Positions 44,636-53,480 of a stretch of DNA of 64,000 bases are shown piece after piece. Each line of letters opens with the position of its first letter. Position 1 is the stretch's first letter. The stretch spans positions 3,879 through 67,878 of the forward strand of contig CACLNT010000007.1 in NCBI GenBank assembly GCA_902608385.1, in the 5' to 3' direction. The translations under genes and the position numbers were made by a program. Below the pieces are notes generated by a model that worked only from the letters and a program-made list of their open reading frames with translations, ran no database searches and was not told the DNA's origin. The stretch comes from an uncultured Pelagibacteraceae bacterium (GTDB taxonomy: Bacteria > Pseudomonadota > Alphaproteobacteria > Pelagibacterales > Pelagibacteraceae).

Positions 44636-47600
44636 TTAAAAATTTTCCTTCCAATTTAACCTTAGTGATTGGGTATCACCAGTTAATGATTTTAAAATCA
44701 ACAAATCTTTAGGTCCGGTATTAGTTTCTCCTGCAATGTTAGCATATAAGTTACCATTAAAAGCAATTATTTTTGAAAGCGCACCTTGTCCTACATTGAA
44801 GCACTTTTCAGAAGTATGGGGTGCAGTATTAGTTCCAAGTAAAGATGAACTATTAGTACCACATTCATCATCTACGCCACAAACATAAGCATCACCCAAA
44901 GCACATTGACTTGACGTAGCAGGTTTGTATACAGGAAAATAGACTTTACCATTAGAAATAGTTGGCTCAGCTGTAACTTTTCTTCTTTCGGAGGTAGTGC
45001 CTGGTTCAAGCTTTATATACCAGCCAAGATCAGTAGTTTGTGGGCAATTAGCTCCAGGAGAAGGAGGCATATCATGAGTGGTCTCTTTACATTCTGTTAA
45101 ACCATCAATAGATACAGAAGTACTGTTTTTATAGTTTGGAAAATATTTATCTTTTATTCCAATTAATAAATTATCGACATCATTTCGGTTTGCTACACCT
45201 GTATCGTTTAGATTTCGATAGTTTCCTGTACCTGAATATAACCATAAGTTGTTAGTATCACCACCAATAGTTGCTTCCATACCGTGATACATATATCTGT
45301 TATTGCTCGAAGTCGAATTTGTAGAAAATAGAGTTGTTGTGTCGTATAAAAATATTGGAGTCGGGCTTCCAACTTGTGCTCTGTCGTCTTTCATATTTGT
45401 CAAATTTACTTTGGTAATTTTTCCTTCAAGATCATTAACATAAACTAGGGCACCTCTATAATTAGCTTGAAGTGATTGATCTGGAGTTATTACAATCGGT
45501 GTTGCTGGTACTGCATTAGCAATTCCATTTAAAGGTAAATCAGGAATATCTATTTGCTTTAATAATTTTCCATTTTCTAAATTTATAACTAATAAATTAG
45601 ATCCTATAAAGGGAGCTCCTAAACCACCTCCCATAACAGCAACATAAATATCATCTTCGTCTTGTGCATCACCGGCCCCATCATTTGGTAAACGGAATAT
45701 TCTAGGACTAGACATTGTATCACCTAAGTACCTATAATCATACTCTGCTCCATTTATAGGCATTGGATTAGTAATTGTTATTCCTGCGTTGTTGCTAGTA
45801 TGTCCTGATGCTCCATCAGCACTGTAAGTAATGTTCGATCCTAACTTTATTATAAGATCTGGACCTGATTGGGTAGTAGTTGCAGAACCAGTTACGTCAT
45901 TACCATCAAGATAAATTTTAATATCTGCTGAAGGATCAATATTTACCACATTTTTTATAGTTAATGTGTTACCTACGTAGCAAGATGTGTTCCCAAGATT
46001 ATTACATGTTTGCGATACAGATGGATTGGTATTAAAATTGTCATTAACTTTAATTATTTCTTCAAAATTATACAATCCGTAACTGTTTCCTTTATATTTA
46101 TACGGATGAATTTTTCCATCATGATCAGAACGATACACCGTTCCAGCATGATTTAAGATAGAATATAAGTGTTCTGGATTCCTTGGATCTGTTACATCTA
46201 AAACAGAAAAACCTGCTCCACCTCTTCCATAAGGTACCATTAATATTGAGTGCCATGCTTCTCCTGTGCCTCCTGGTTTTTTAAACCACATGTCATGCAC
46301 AATTGGAGAACCATCTACGCCGTATATGGGAACTGATCCTCCACCTGTAGTTTTATTTAAACCTGGATTCATCTGTATTGCTAAATTTCCAACAAGCAAA
46401 GGAGGAACAAAACCCCACAATTCATCGCCGGTGTCAGCGTTAAAAGCATGAAGTATTCCATTATTTGCTCCAGCATAAATAACTGGGTCTCTAACTATAC
46501 TGTCAGCCCAAGCTTGATAACCTTTTTTATGTCTAAAAAACGATTCTTGATTAGGATTCATAAATGCTGTATCGGCAGATGGTTTACCAACCATCACTAT
46601 TTGAGAATTATAAATATCAGCTAAATAGTGAGGTCTTGTCTCTGTTAAATTGCAGTCTCCATCATAATCAAGATAATCTTCTCCTCTTATAAAGTTTGTC
46701 AATCCAGCCGCATCATCTAATATACCATCTTGTACAGAAGCAACATTATCTCCATTGATTCCACAACGACCAACGCCTGTAATACTGCCACTATCATTAT
46801 GATAATCTCTTAATTGATTTCCAGTTAATTGAAAAAGATTTGTATGTATTTCATTAGCATATGTGTCTGAAAAGTTATCAAGAGTAGAAGGTAATTTTTC
46901 ATGAGAAGTCCAAATATTTCTAAGGCTTGGTGTTATTAATTGATCTTCTGCTTTCCATACAGGAGTTGGAGGAACACCTGTGGTTGCTGACTTCAATAAA
47001 TCTTCTACTTTTACCTTTTTTAAGGATCCTTGCCATTCTCTCGTTGCAAAATAATCGAATTGAGCTTGATACAAAGTTCCACCTTCTGCTATTGAACCTG
47101 TGATTGCTGGAGCGGTATAGGATAAATTTTCACTTGTAATAGTTGCTATTATTAATTTGAGCTCAGTTTTAAGATCTTCCGCAGTCAAAGCTTTTACAGA
47201 TTCCGTGTATGGGCTCTGACCAACAGCAGCCATTTGGTCAAATTTATTTAGTGCTGATGTGTTGCTTAATATTTCGTTTCCAAATGCAACCATAATACTT
47301 TTAATGCCGTCATTCGCTAAATCTCTCATTGTATTTAATGCTTCGGTATGAGTGCCAGATGACCAACCACCGTCACCAATAACAATCACATAATTTACCT
47401 GACAAGTTAAACTTGCATCCCATGGAGAGTCGGTGGAATGTTTAAAATATGATTCTGCCATTCTCGAAAAGGCGTTAGCGTGCGTTGCTCTATACAATGA
47501 AATTGGTTTTTGTAAATATTGGAAAATTTTATTAGCTCCCTGATCATCAATTTTAACTACTAGACAATTTTTAGTAGTACATGGGTGACCTCGATCATTA

Positions 47601-48940
47601 GCTGTGTTCCATCTAAGGTATGTAGAATCATTTCTATGACTCCACAATCCTAAACCAAGTTGAGCACCTTCTGTCAGTGCACTGTCCGATACTACAGCTT
47701 TAATAGCTTCAACAGCTCCTCTTAGTTTTGATACACCGCTTAAACCAAATACTCTTTGAAATTCTAAATTTTTATTTATTATAACTACTTCAAGTCGTCC
47801 TCTATTAGCAACAACGAGTTCACCAGCTTGGTTAAAGCTTATACTACGAGGCTCCATTAAATAAAGTTTACCAGGAACTGAAGGTTCAAACGCATCAGCT
47901 ATTCCTTGTGAATCAATCTCACTAACAATGTTTCCATTGTTAACTTTAATTTTACAAATTTTATGTGTATATGTTCCTGCTGAATATAATATTGTAGAAT
48001 CAAGTGGATCAGTAACTAACCCATGAGATTCTCCACATGGATTAACAAAGGCAGCAGTTTTTGTTTCACTTACACATCCATTTGTAACTTTAAAACTCCA
48101 AATTTTACTGTCATTGCTATTTGCAACGTATAAATAATCATTATTGCTATCAGCTGTAATAGCGGTAACAAATTTTGCTGCAGTATGTAAATCTCCAGTA
48201 CCATCAATTCTATATTTGTTACCAGTTGAAAAATTAGTTGAACATGCCCAATTAGTATTATTTGTAAAATCATCATTTAATGATAAGTCTTTTACCCAAA
48301 GATAGGCATTACCCCCTCCAAATTTTCCTCCGCCCATCGCATATAAAGTGTCACCTTGAATATCAATTGCGAGATGATTGCTCGCGAAACCTATAGCAGC
48401 AACTTGATTAACACAAAATCTATCTCTATCAGGTCTACTCGTATCAAGTCGTGTAGTTGTACGAGGATCAAGCTGCGTTACTAAGCTATAATTTGGATTA
48501 TCATTTTTTAAATGTGCCATATAAAGCATGCCATTATATTCTTCTATATTTACAACATTATCTCTATAACCTTTTGAATTTTGGTTCGGCATGTTCCCCC
48601 AGGGAGCACTGGTCCTACATCCATTAGCTGAAACACTATTTATTTTTCCATAAGGAGCAAATTGATTTGGCGTATCATTCCACGCAATTATTCCACCATT
48701 ATCTATTTCTGCTACCCAATAATGTCCATGTGTTGAATCTTGAACCACAGCCATAGGTTCTTTCATTCTATGACTTCCAGCAGATCTATTTGCGGGGCTA
48801 TTCATACTAAAAGTACGGTCTAATAAAATTAATATGTTTGCAGGTATGCTAGTACCACTTCCAGGAGGTAAACTTTTAGAAGTAGATTGGTTAGTTAGTA
48901 CCAGCAAAAAAAGAAAGGCTAAACTTAATAATTTTTTCAT
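44636..48940 (-). CDS. pilY1: PilY1/PilC-like type IV pilus adhesin, paralog A
   Basis: Signal peptide, vWA strand ILILLDRTFS, VIVIGDG, PilY1 core LADIYNS, IYAGANNGILHAF, GDELWGFVP, YGVDGSP, LDVTDP, GWYIKL. Confidence 0.85.
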   Translation of the reverse strand: MKKLLSLAFLFLLVLTNQSTSKSLPPGSGTSIPANILILLDRTFSMNSPANRSAGSHRMKEPMAVVQDSTHGHYWVAEIDNGGIIAWNDTPNQFAPYGKINSVSANGCRTSAPWGNMPNQNSKGYRDNVVNIEEYNGMLYMAHLKNDNPNYSLVTQLDPRTTTRLDTSRPDRDRFCVNQVAAIGFASNHLAIDIQGDTLYAMGGGKFGGGNAYLWVKDLSLNDDFTNNTNWACSTNFSTGNKYRIDGTGDLHTAAKFVTAITADSNNDYLYVANSNDSKIWSFKVTNGCVSETKTAAFVNPCGESHGLVTDPLDSTILYSAGTYTHKICKIKVNNGNIVSEIDSQGIADAFEPSVPGKLYLMEPRSISFNQAGELVVANRGRLEVVIINKNLEFQRVFGLSGVSKLRGAVEAIKAVVSDSALTEGAQLGLGLWSHRNDSTYLRWNTANDRGHPCTTKNCLVVKIDDQGANKIFQYLQKPISLYRATHANAFSRMAESYFKHSTDSPWDASLTCQVNYVIVIGDGGWSSGTHTEALNTMRDLANDGIKSIMVAFGNEILSNTSALNKFDQMAAVGQSPYTESVKALTAEDLKTELKLIIATITSENLSYTAPAITGSIAEGGTLYQAQFDYFATREWQGSLKKVKVEDLLKSATTGVPPTPVWKAEDQLITPSLRNIWTSHEKLPSTLDNFSDTYANEIHTNLFQLTGNQLRDYHNDSGSITGVGRCGINGDNVASVQDGILDDAAGLTNFIRGEDYLDYDGDCNLTETRPHYLADIYNSQIVMVGKPSADTAFMNPNQESFFRHKKGYQAWADSIVRDPVIYAGANNGILHAFNADTGDELWGFVPPLLVGNLAIQMNPGLNKTTGGGSVPIYGVDGSPIVHDMWFKKPGGTGEAWHSILMVPYGRGGAGFSVLDVTDPRNPEHLYSILNHAGTVYRSDHDGKIHPYKYKGNSYGLYNFEEIIKVNDNFNTNPSVSQTCNNLGNTSCYVGNTLTIKNVVNIDPSADIKIYLDGNDVTGSATTTQSGPDLIIKLGSNITYSADGASGHTSNNAGITITNPMPINGAEYDYRYLGDTMSSPRIFRLPNDGAGDAQDEDDIYVAVMGGGLGAPFIGSNLLVINLENGKLLKQIDIPDLPLNGIANAVPATPIVITPDQSLQANYRGALVYVNDLEGKITKVNLTNMKDDRAQVGSPTPIFLYDTTTLFSTNSTSSNNRYMYHGMEATIGGDTNNLWLYSGTGNYRNLNDTGVANRNDVDNLLIGIKDKYFPNYKNSTSVSIDGLTECKETTHDMPPSPGANCPQTTDLGWYIKLEPGTTSERRKVTAEPTISNGKVYFPVYKPATSSQCALGDAYVCGVDDECGTNSSSLLGTNTAPHTSEKCFNVGQGALSKIIAFNGNLYANIAGETNTGPKDLLILKSLTGDTQSLRLNWKENF

Positions 48941-49041
48941 ATTTTAATTTTTTAGCAAAATATCATTTATTTTAAAATTAATCATATCTTCATTACTCAT
49001 ATTGAGTGCAAAAATTACTGTTATTAGTAATGATTTAACGT

Positions 49042-50334
49042 TTATTTACTATCTACAGTAACAATTGTTAGATCATCTTTTTGAATATGTCCCGCTCCTA
49101 TAATATCATCAATAATTATTTTTAATCTTTCATTATTTGGAGTTGATTGATATTTTTTTATGTAATTTTGAAAACCTTCTGACCCTAGCATTTTTCCATT
49201 TGGATTTTTTATTTCTGTAATACCATCTGTAAAAATATACATTGAGCCATCTGTAAAAGGAATTTTATGTTCCATATATTTTGTCTTAGGCATAATTCCT
49301 AAAGGAGGGCCTGCTTCAGTATAATTTGAAAATTTTCCATCTTTTGAAAAAATAATTGGAGGTTCATGACCAGCACTTGAAAGTAATAATTCTTTTTTAT
49401 TACTATCATAAATTCCAACTAACATTGTTACAAACATTCCTCTTGAAATAGTTTCACAAATTTCATTATTTAGTTGGATTAATAAATTAGCTGCAGAAAA
49501 ATTTGTTTTACTTAAACATCTATAAAGACTAGATGCTTTAGACATTAGAAGTGAAGATTTAATTCCCTTACCAGAAACATCTGCAATTCCAAAGCCATAT
49601 TTGCCATCTCCTAAATCTGAAAAATTATAAAAATCTCCAGAAACTATTTTTGCAGGAATATTAATTCCTGCAACAGGGAAGGGTTCTTTTTTATTTTGCG
49701 ATAATAAAGACTTTTGAATTTCTCCCACTATTTCTACTTCTTTTTGAATTTTATTTTTTTCAATCATCTCTTTAGCCATTTTTGCATTTCTTATTGCAAA
49801 AGCTGCTGGAGCTGACAGAGTTTCTAATAATTTTCGATCATCTTCTATAAATAATTTATCGTTAGTTTTTTTATTTAAACAATGAATTACTCCAATACAT
49901 TCATTTGCAGCAATTAAAGGTGAACATAAAACAGAATAAGTTGTAAAATTTGTTTTATTATCTAAATCAAAATAAAATTCTGCTATTTCTCTTACATCTT
50001 TTTTAACATTTCCAACTCTAATACATTTTTTTGTCTGTACTGCCCTGCCCATTACACCATCTTTTAAATCAAGCTCGTATTCATCTAAATAATCTTGATG
50101 GAGTGAAGCAATACATTCAAATTTTTTCTTTTTTTCATTAATTAAAAATATATTGGCAGCTTGTGCGTTAATTCTAGCAATTATTACTTGAAGAGCAGTC
50201 TTTAATGTATCATTCAGGTCAAGAGATAATGCAAACTCTTGATTCATTTTTGTAATTATTTCTAAATCTATATTGATTTTTAAATTTTGTTCTTTTTGGT
50301 CTTTTTCAGGTTTATTTGATTTAAAAAAAATCAT
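49042..50334 (-). CDS. GAF plus PP2C (SpoIIE/RsbU-like) phosphatase
   Basis: GAF (SVLCSPL..IGVI), IQKSLL, SGDFY, IADVSGKG, AGHEPP, FTDGITE, DDLT. Confidence 0.9.
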   Translation of the reverse strand: MIFFKSNKPEKDQKEQNLKINIDLEIITKMNQEFALSLDLNDTLKTALQVIIARINAQAANIFLINEKKKKFECIASLHQDYLDEYELDLKDGVMGRAVQTKKCIRVGNVKKDVREIAEFYFDLDNKTNFTTYSVLCSPLIAANECIGVIHCLNKKTNDKLFIEDDRKLLETLSAPAAFAIRNAKMAKEMIEKNKIQKEVEIVGEIQKSLLSQNKKEPFPVAGINIPAKIVSGDFYNFSDLGDGKYGFGIADVSGKGIKSSLLMSKASSLYRCLSKTNFSAANLLIQLNNEICETISRGMFVTMLVGIYDSNKKELLLSSAGHEPPIIFSKDGKFSNYTEAGPPLGIMPKTKYMEHKIPFTDGSMYIFTDGITEIKNPNGKMLGSEGFQNYIKKYQSTPNNERLKIIIDDIIGAGHIQKDDLTIVTVDSK

Positions 50335-50506
50335 TTATTTAACTAGTATTTTAAACAATTTTTGATAAATTTTACAACAATGGAAATCATCATTAATACA
50401 CCAAATTTATACATTCATTTTTATGATGCAATTATGATAGTTCAATATGTTATCCATGGTTTAGTTGAAATTACATCGAGTATAAAACTTTAATATATAT
50501 ACATTA

Positions 50507-51271
50507 GTGGATTTAACATTTGTTGCTGTCTTAGGAGGTCTTTGGGGTAGTTTTGCTAATGTTTGTATTTATAGATTACCTAAAGATAAAGGAGTAGTTT
50601 CAGGCAGATCACACTGTCCAAAATGTAAAAAAAAAATTATTTGGTATGATAATATTCCAATAATCTCTTATTTAATTCTTAATGCAAAGTGCAGAAATTG
50701 CAAAAGTAGAATTTCATTACAATATCCAATAGTTGAGATGATAAATATTTTATCATTTTTAATAATTTATTTTTTATTTGGAATTTCATTAACAACTATA
50801 TTTTTAATGGTTTTAGGATTATCTTTTTTAATAATTTTTTTTATTGATCTTAAACATTTTATTATTCCAAATTCTTTAACTTTTTCAATGATGATATTGG
50901 GCTTCATTAAGTCCTTTGATCCAAATTTAAATTCTATTTTTCCAAATTATATAAATTCTTTAATAGGAGGATTTTTTGGTTATGGAGTTATTTTTAGTAT
51001 TATATTTTTTTATAAACAAATTAGAAAAAAAGAAGGAATGGGTTTAGGAGATGCAAAGTTACTAGCTGTAATAGGTTTTTGGTTTGGATGGATTTCAATA
51101 CCTTTTGTTATATTTTTGTCTTCAATTTTTGCGTTAGTTTTCGTTGCCCCTGATTTGATTAAAAAAAATAAAAAAATGAGTTCACAGATTCCCTTTGGAC
51201 CTTATATAATATTAGCAACAATTTTTTACCTATTATTTAAAAACAATTTAGATAGCTTAATTTATTTATAA
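50507..51271 (+). CDS. pilD: Prepilin peptidase / N-methyltransferase
   Basis: GSFANVCIYRLP, two CxxC motifs (CPKC, CRNC), IDLKH, GMGLGDAKL, IPFGPY; GTG start. Confidence 0.93.
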   Translation: MDLTFVAVLGGLWGSFANVCIYRLPKDKGVVSGRSHCPKCKKKIIWYDNIPIISYLILNAKCRNCKSRISLQYPIVEMINILSFLIIYFLFGISLTTIFLMVLGLSFLIIFFIDLKHFIIPNSLTFSMMILGFIKSFDPNLNSIFPNYINSLIGGFFGYGVIFSIIFFYKQIRKKEGMGLGDAKLLAVIGFWFGWISIPFVIFLSSIFALVFVAPDLIKKNKKMSSQIPFGPYIILATIFYLLFKNNLDSLIYL

Positions 51272-51711
51272 TGAATATTTCACCCAAACTTTCACACATC
51301 TTATCCGCAGTCATTTCAATAATTTTTGTAATATATTTTTTTTACGAAGGTTTTTTGGCCTATATTATTCTTAAAGAACTTGGAGGTGGTGTAGATGCAT
51401 TAGTTGCTTCAAGGTGGGGTTTAGCAGTAGCAATGTTTATTTTTGCGTGTTTATTTTTTCTATTTATAAAAATAAAAGATTTAAAAAGCCAAAGAACTAT
51501 TCTTAAAGGAATTTTTATTGGATGGTCAAGCATTTGTCTTACTTTAATAATCGCTATACCTAACTCTATTTATTTTATCATATTAACTGGATTAGCTTCC
51601 ACAATAAGTCTGCTATCATCAAAAAGTTTAATAGAAAAAATAAAAGAAGAGAAAAAAACTTTAACAGAAAAAGAAATATATTTACTTCAAAGGTTGGCAA
51701 ATAAAAAATAA
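51271..51711 (+). CDS. Hypothetical membrane protein (about 4 TM)
   Basis: Four hydrophobic segments, TAATG-coupled to pilD. Confidence 0.6.
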   Translation: MNISPKLSHILSAVISIIFVIYFFYEGFLAYIILKELGGGVDALVASRWGLAVAMFIFACLFFLFIKIKDLKSQRTILKGIFIGWSSICLTLIIAIPNSIYFIILTGLASTISLLSSKSLIEKIKEEKKTLTEKEIYLLQRLANKK

Positions 51712-51719
51712 AATATTTT

Positions 51720-51814
51720 ATGAAACAAAAAGGTTTCACTCTAATAGAGCTCTTAGTTGTTGTTGCTATCATTGGAATACTTGCTGCTGTAGGAGTGGTT
51801 GCTTATAGTGGGTA
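51720..51814 (+). repeat. 95-bp direct repeat, copy 1 (pilin 5' end)
   Basis: Identical base for base to 52269-52363. Confidence 0.93.
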
Positions 51815-52265
51815 TACGGCTAGAGCAAAAGACATAACTCTCAAAGCTAATCACAAATTAGTTTTAAAATTTTTAGTAACTAAATCTATGGAATGTGAAA
51901 TCGGTAATCAAAATATAACTTTTAAAGATGCTTCTGGGGGTACTGTTAACTATAGTTGTAGTTCAAAAGATAAATCAGATTTTGCCAACAAAATAAAAAC
52001 TCATGTTAACAATCATGTTTGTAAAAATGTTTATAGAGCAACTAGAGGCTGCATGGAAATTTCAGGTGGATATCTCGAAGAAGCTATTGTTGTCGATGTA
52101 AATACAGGACTTTCCAAGTGTGCACTTTACATAAGAACTTATGTTGTCAAAGATTTAAACCCAGATCTTTGGGACTCTTCATCTTCATTAAGAAAGTCAC
52201 AACCAAATTCAGGAGATGTTGGATCTTATGGCGGGACAGTATTTGAACTGCCAAGTTGGTGTTAA
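51720..52265 (+). CDS. Type IVa pilin 1
   Basis: MKQKG|FTLIELLVVVAIIGILAAVG class III signal; 6 Cys in the head. Confidence 0.9.
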   Translation: MKQKGFTLIELLVVVAIIGILAAVGVVAYSGYTARAKDITLKANHKLVLKFLVTKSMECEIGNQNITFKDASGGTVNYSCSSKDKSDFANKIKTHVNNHVCKNVYRATRGCMEISGGYLEEAIVVDVNTGLSKCALYIRTYVVKDLNPDLWDSSSSLRKSQPNSGDVGSYGGTVFELPSWC

Positions 52266-52268
52266 AAA

Positions 52269-52363
52269 ATGAAACAAAAAGGTTTCACTCTAATAGAGCT
52301 CTTAGTTGTTGTTGCTATCATTGGAATACTTGCTGCTGTAGGAGTGGTTGCTTATAGTGGGTA
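52269..52363 (+). repeat. 95-bp direct repeat, copy 2
   Basis: Identical to 51720-51814. Confidence 0.93.
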
Positions 52364-52745
52364 CACGAGTGCTGCGAAAAAACAAGTCGTAAAAAAACAG
52401 CATAGAGAAACTGTTAATTATCTTAAATCGGAACTTTTAAAATGTAATTTGGAACACGAATATGTCATGAATGATAACCTTAAATGTTCTGATAGAAAAA
52501 CCAACAATGAAATAGGAAAAGCAGCAGTAAAAGCTTTTCATAAAGTGTTTAATAATCCATATAAATCCTGGCGAGAAAATTCTGTTGCTTTAAATGGTCC
52601 ACATCCAAAACAATATTGTGATCTTCAGTACAACAACGGGGGTATTATGGTTAGCAATATTAAATCTGGCAGTGCTACTTTAGTAAGAGTGTCTACGTGT
52701 TATGGAGAAACCACTGCTTTATATGAAACCTTTATAATTGATTAA
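52269..52745 (+). CDS. Type IVa pilin 2
   Basis: Same leader and N-terminal helix as pilin 1; different head with NNPY and 4 Cys. Confidence 0.9.
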   Translation: MKQKGFTLIELLVVVAIIGILAAVGVVAYSGYTSAAKKQVVKKQHRETVNYLKSELLKCNLEHEYVMNDNLKCSDRKTNNEIGKAAVKAFHKVFNNPYKSWRENSVALNGPHPKQYCDLQYNNGGIMVSNIKSGSATLVRVSTCYGETTALYETFIID

Positions 52746-52791
52746 TGAAAAAAATATATGAAACCTTTATAATTGATTAATGAAAAAAATA
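52720..52791 (+). repeat. Perfect 35-bp tandem duplication
   Basis: TATATGAAACCTTTATAATTGATTAATGAAAAAAA at 52720-52754 and 52755-52789, plus TA. Confidence 0.93.
52745..52780 (+). other. 11-codon minigene MKKIYETFIID* created by the duplication
   Basis: ATG 52745 overlaps the pilin 2 stop; its TAA (52778-52780) overlaps the pilin 3 ATG. Confidence 0.5.
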
Positions 52792-53274
52792 AAAAAAAAA
52801 GGCTTCACCTTAATAGAACTCCTAGTCGTTGTAGCCATCATTGGAATACTTGCTGCAGTAGGAGTAACTGCTTACTCTGGCTATACAGCAGAAGCAAAAA
52901 GAAACGCTACTATAGCTCAATTTAAAAACCTTTCTAAGTTAATTCATAGTTCTCTAAAACTATGTGAGATTGAAAGTACAGTGAAATTATCAACAACAAG
53001 AATTGTAAATTGTTCAGTACCTAATACTCCTTCAGGGATTGGTCAGGTTGCTGACGTTTTTTTAAATTATGCCAAAGATCAGAACTTTAAAAATCCTTAT
53101 GATAATTCTGCTCCAGTGATTATATATACCGGTAGAGGAGGCGATAATGTTGATGGAAGAATGAGATTAGACTATGAAGCTTGTGCTAGTGGAACAAAAT
53201 TAAACTTATGGGTAAAAACTCATAAAGAAACTTTAAAAGAGTCTCATATGATGGATGGATGGTGCACTAATTAA
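52780..53274 (+). CDS. Type IVa pilin 3
   Basis: KKKG|FTLIELLVVVAIIGILAAVG, KNPY, 4 Cys. Confidence 0.9.
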   Translation: MKKIKKKGFTLIELLVVVAIIGILAAVGVTAYSGYTAEAKRNATIAQFKNLSKLIHSSLKLCEIESTVKLSTTRIVNCSVPNTPSGIGQVADVFLNYAKDQNFKNPYDNSAPVIIYTGRGGDNVDGRMRLDYEACASGTKLNLWVKTHKETLKESHMMDGWCTN

Positions 53275-53480
53275 TGATTGTGGAAAAATTTTTATTTATT
53301 AATATTATAATTTCAGCATTAAACATTTTTATTATTGTTTATGCTTATTCTCTTAATTTTTTTCCAAAAAAATGGCGAAAGAAAGTAAACCAAGATACAC
53401 TTGTTGGATTAGCTTTAATATTTTCTACAATGTTAACGATGTTTGCTTGGATAATTTTTTTTTACTATAAAAAATTTTAA
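53274..53480 (+). CDS. Small 2-TM hypothetical protein
   Basis: Two hydrophobic helices around FPKKWRKK; TAATG-coupled to pilin 3. Confidence 0.6.
   Translation: MIVEKFLFINIIISALNIFIIVYAYSLNFFPKKWRKKVNQDTLVGLALIFSTMLTMFAWIIFFYYKKF

Noticed and set aside
51720-52363. Pilin repeats as a DGR or shufflon
   Set aside because: The copies are identical rather than adenine-variable, are in direct orientation, and no reverse transcriptase or invertase is in the window.
52720-52791. 35-bp repeat as a CRISPR array
   Set aside because: Only two adjacent copies, no spacer, no cas genes.
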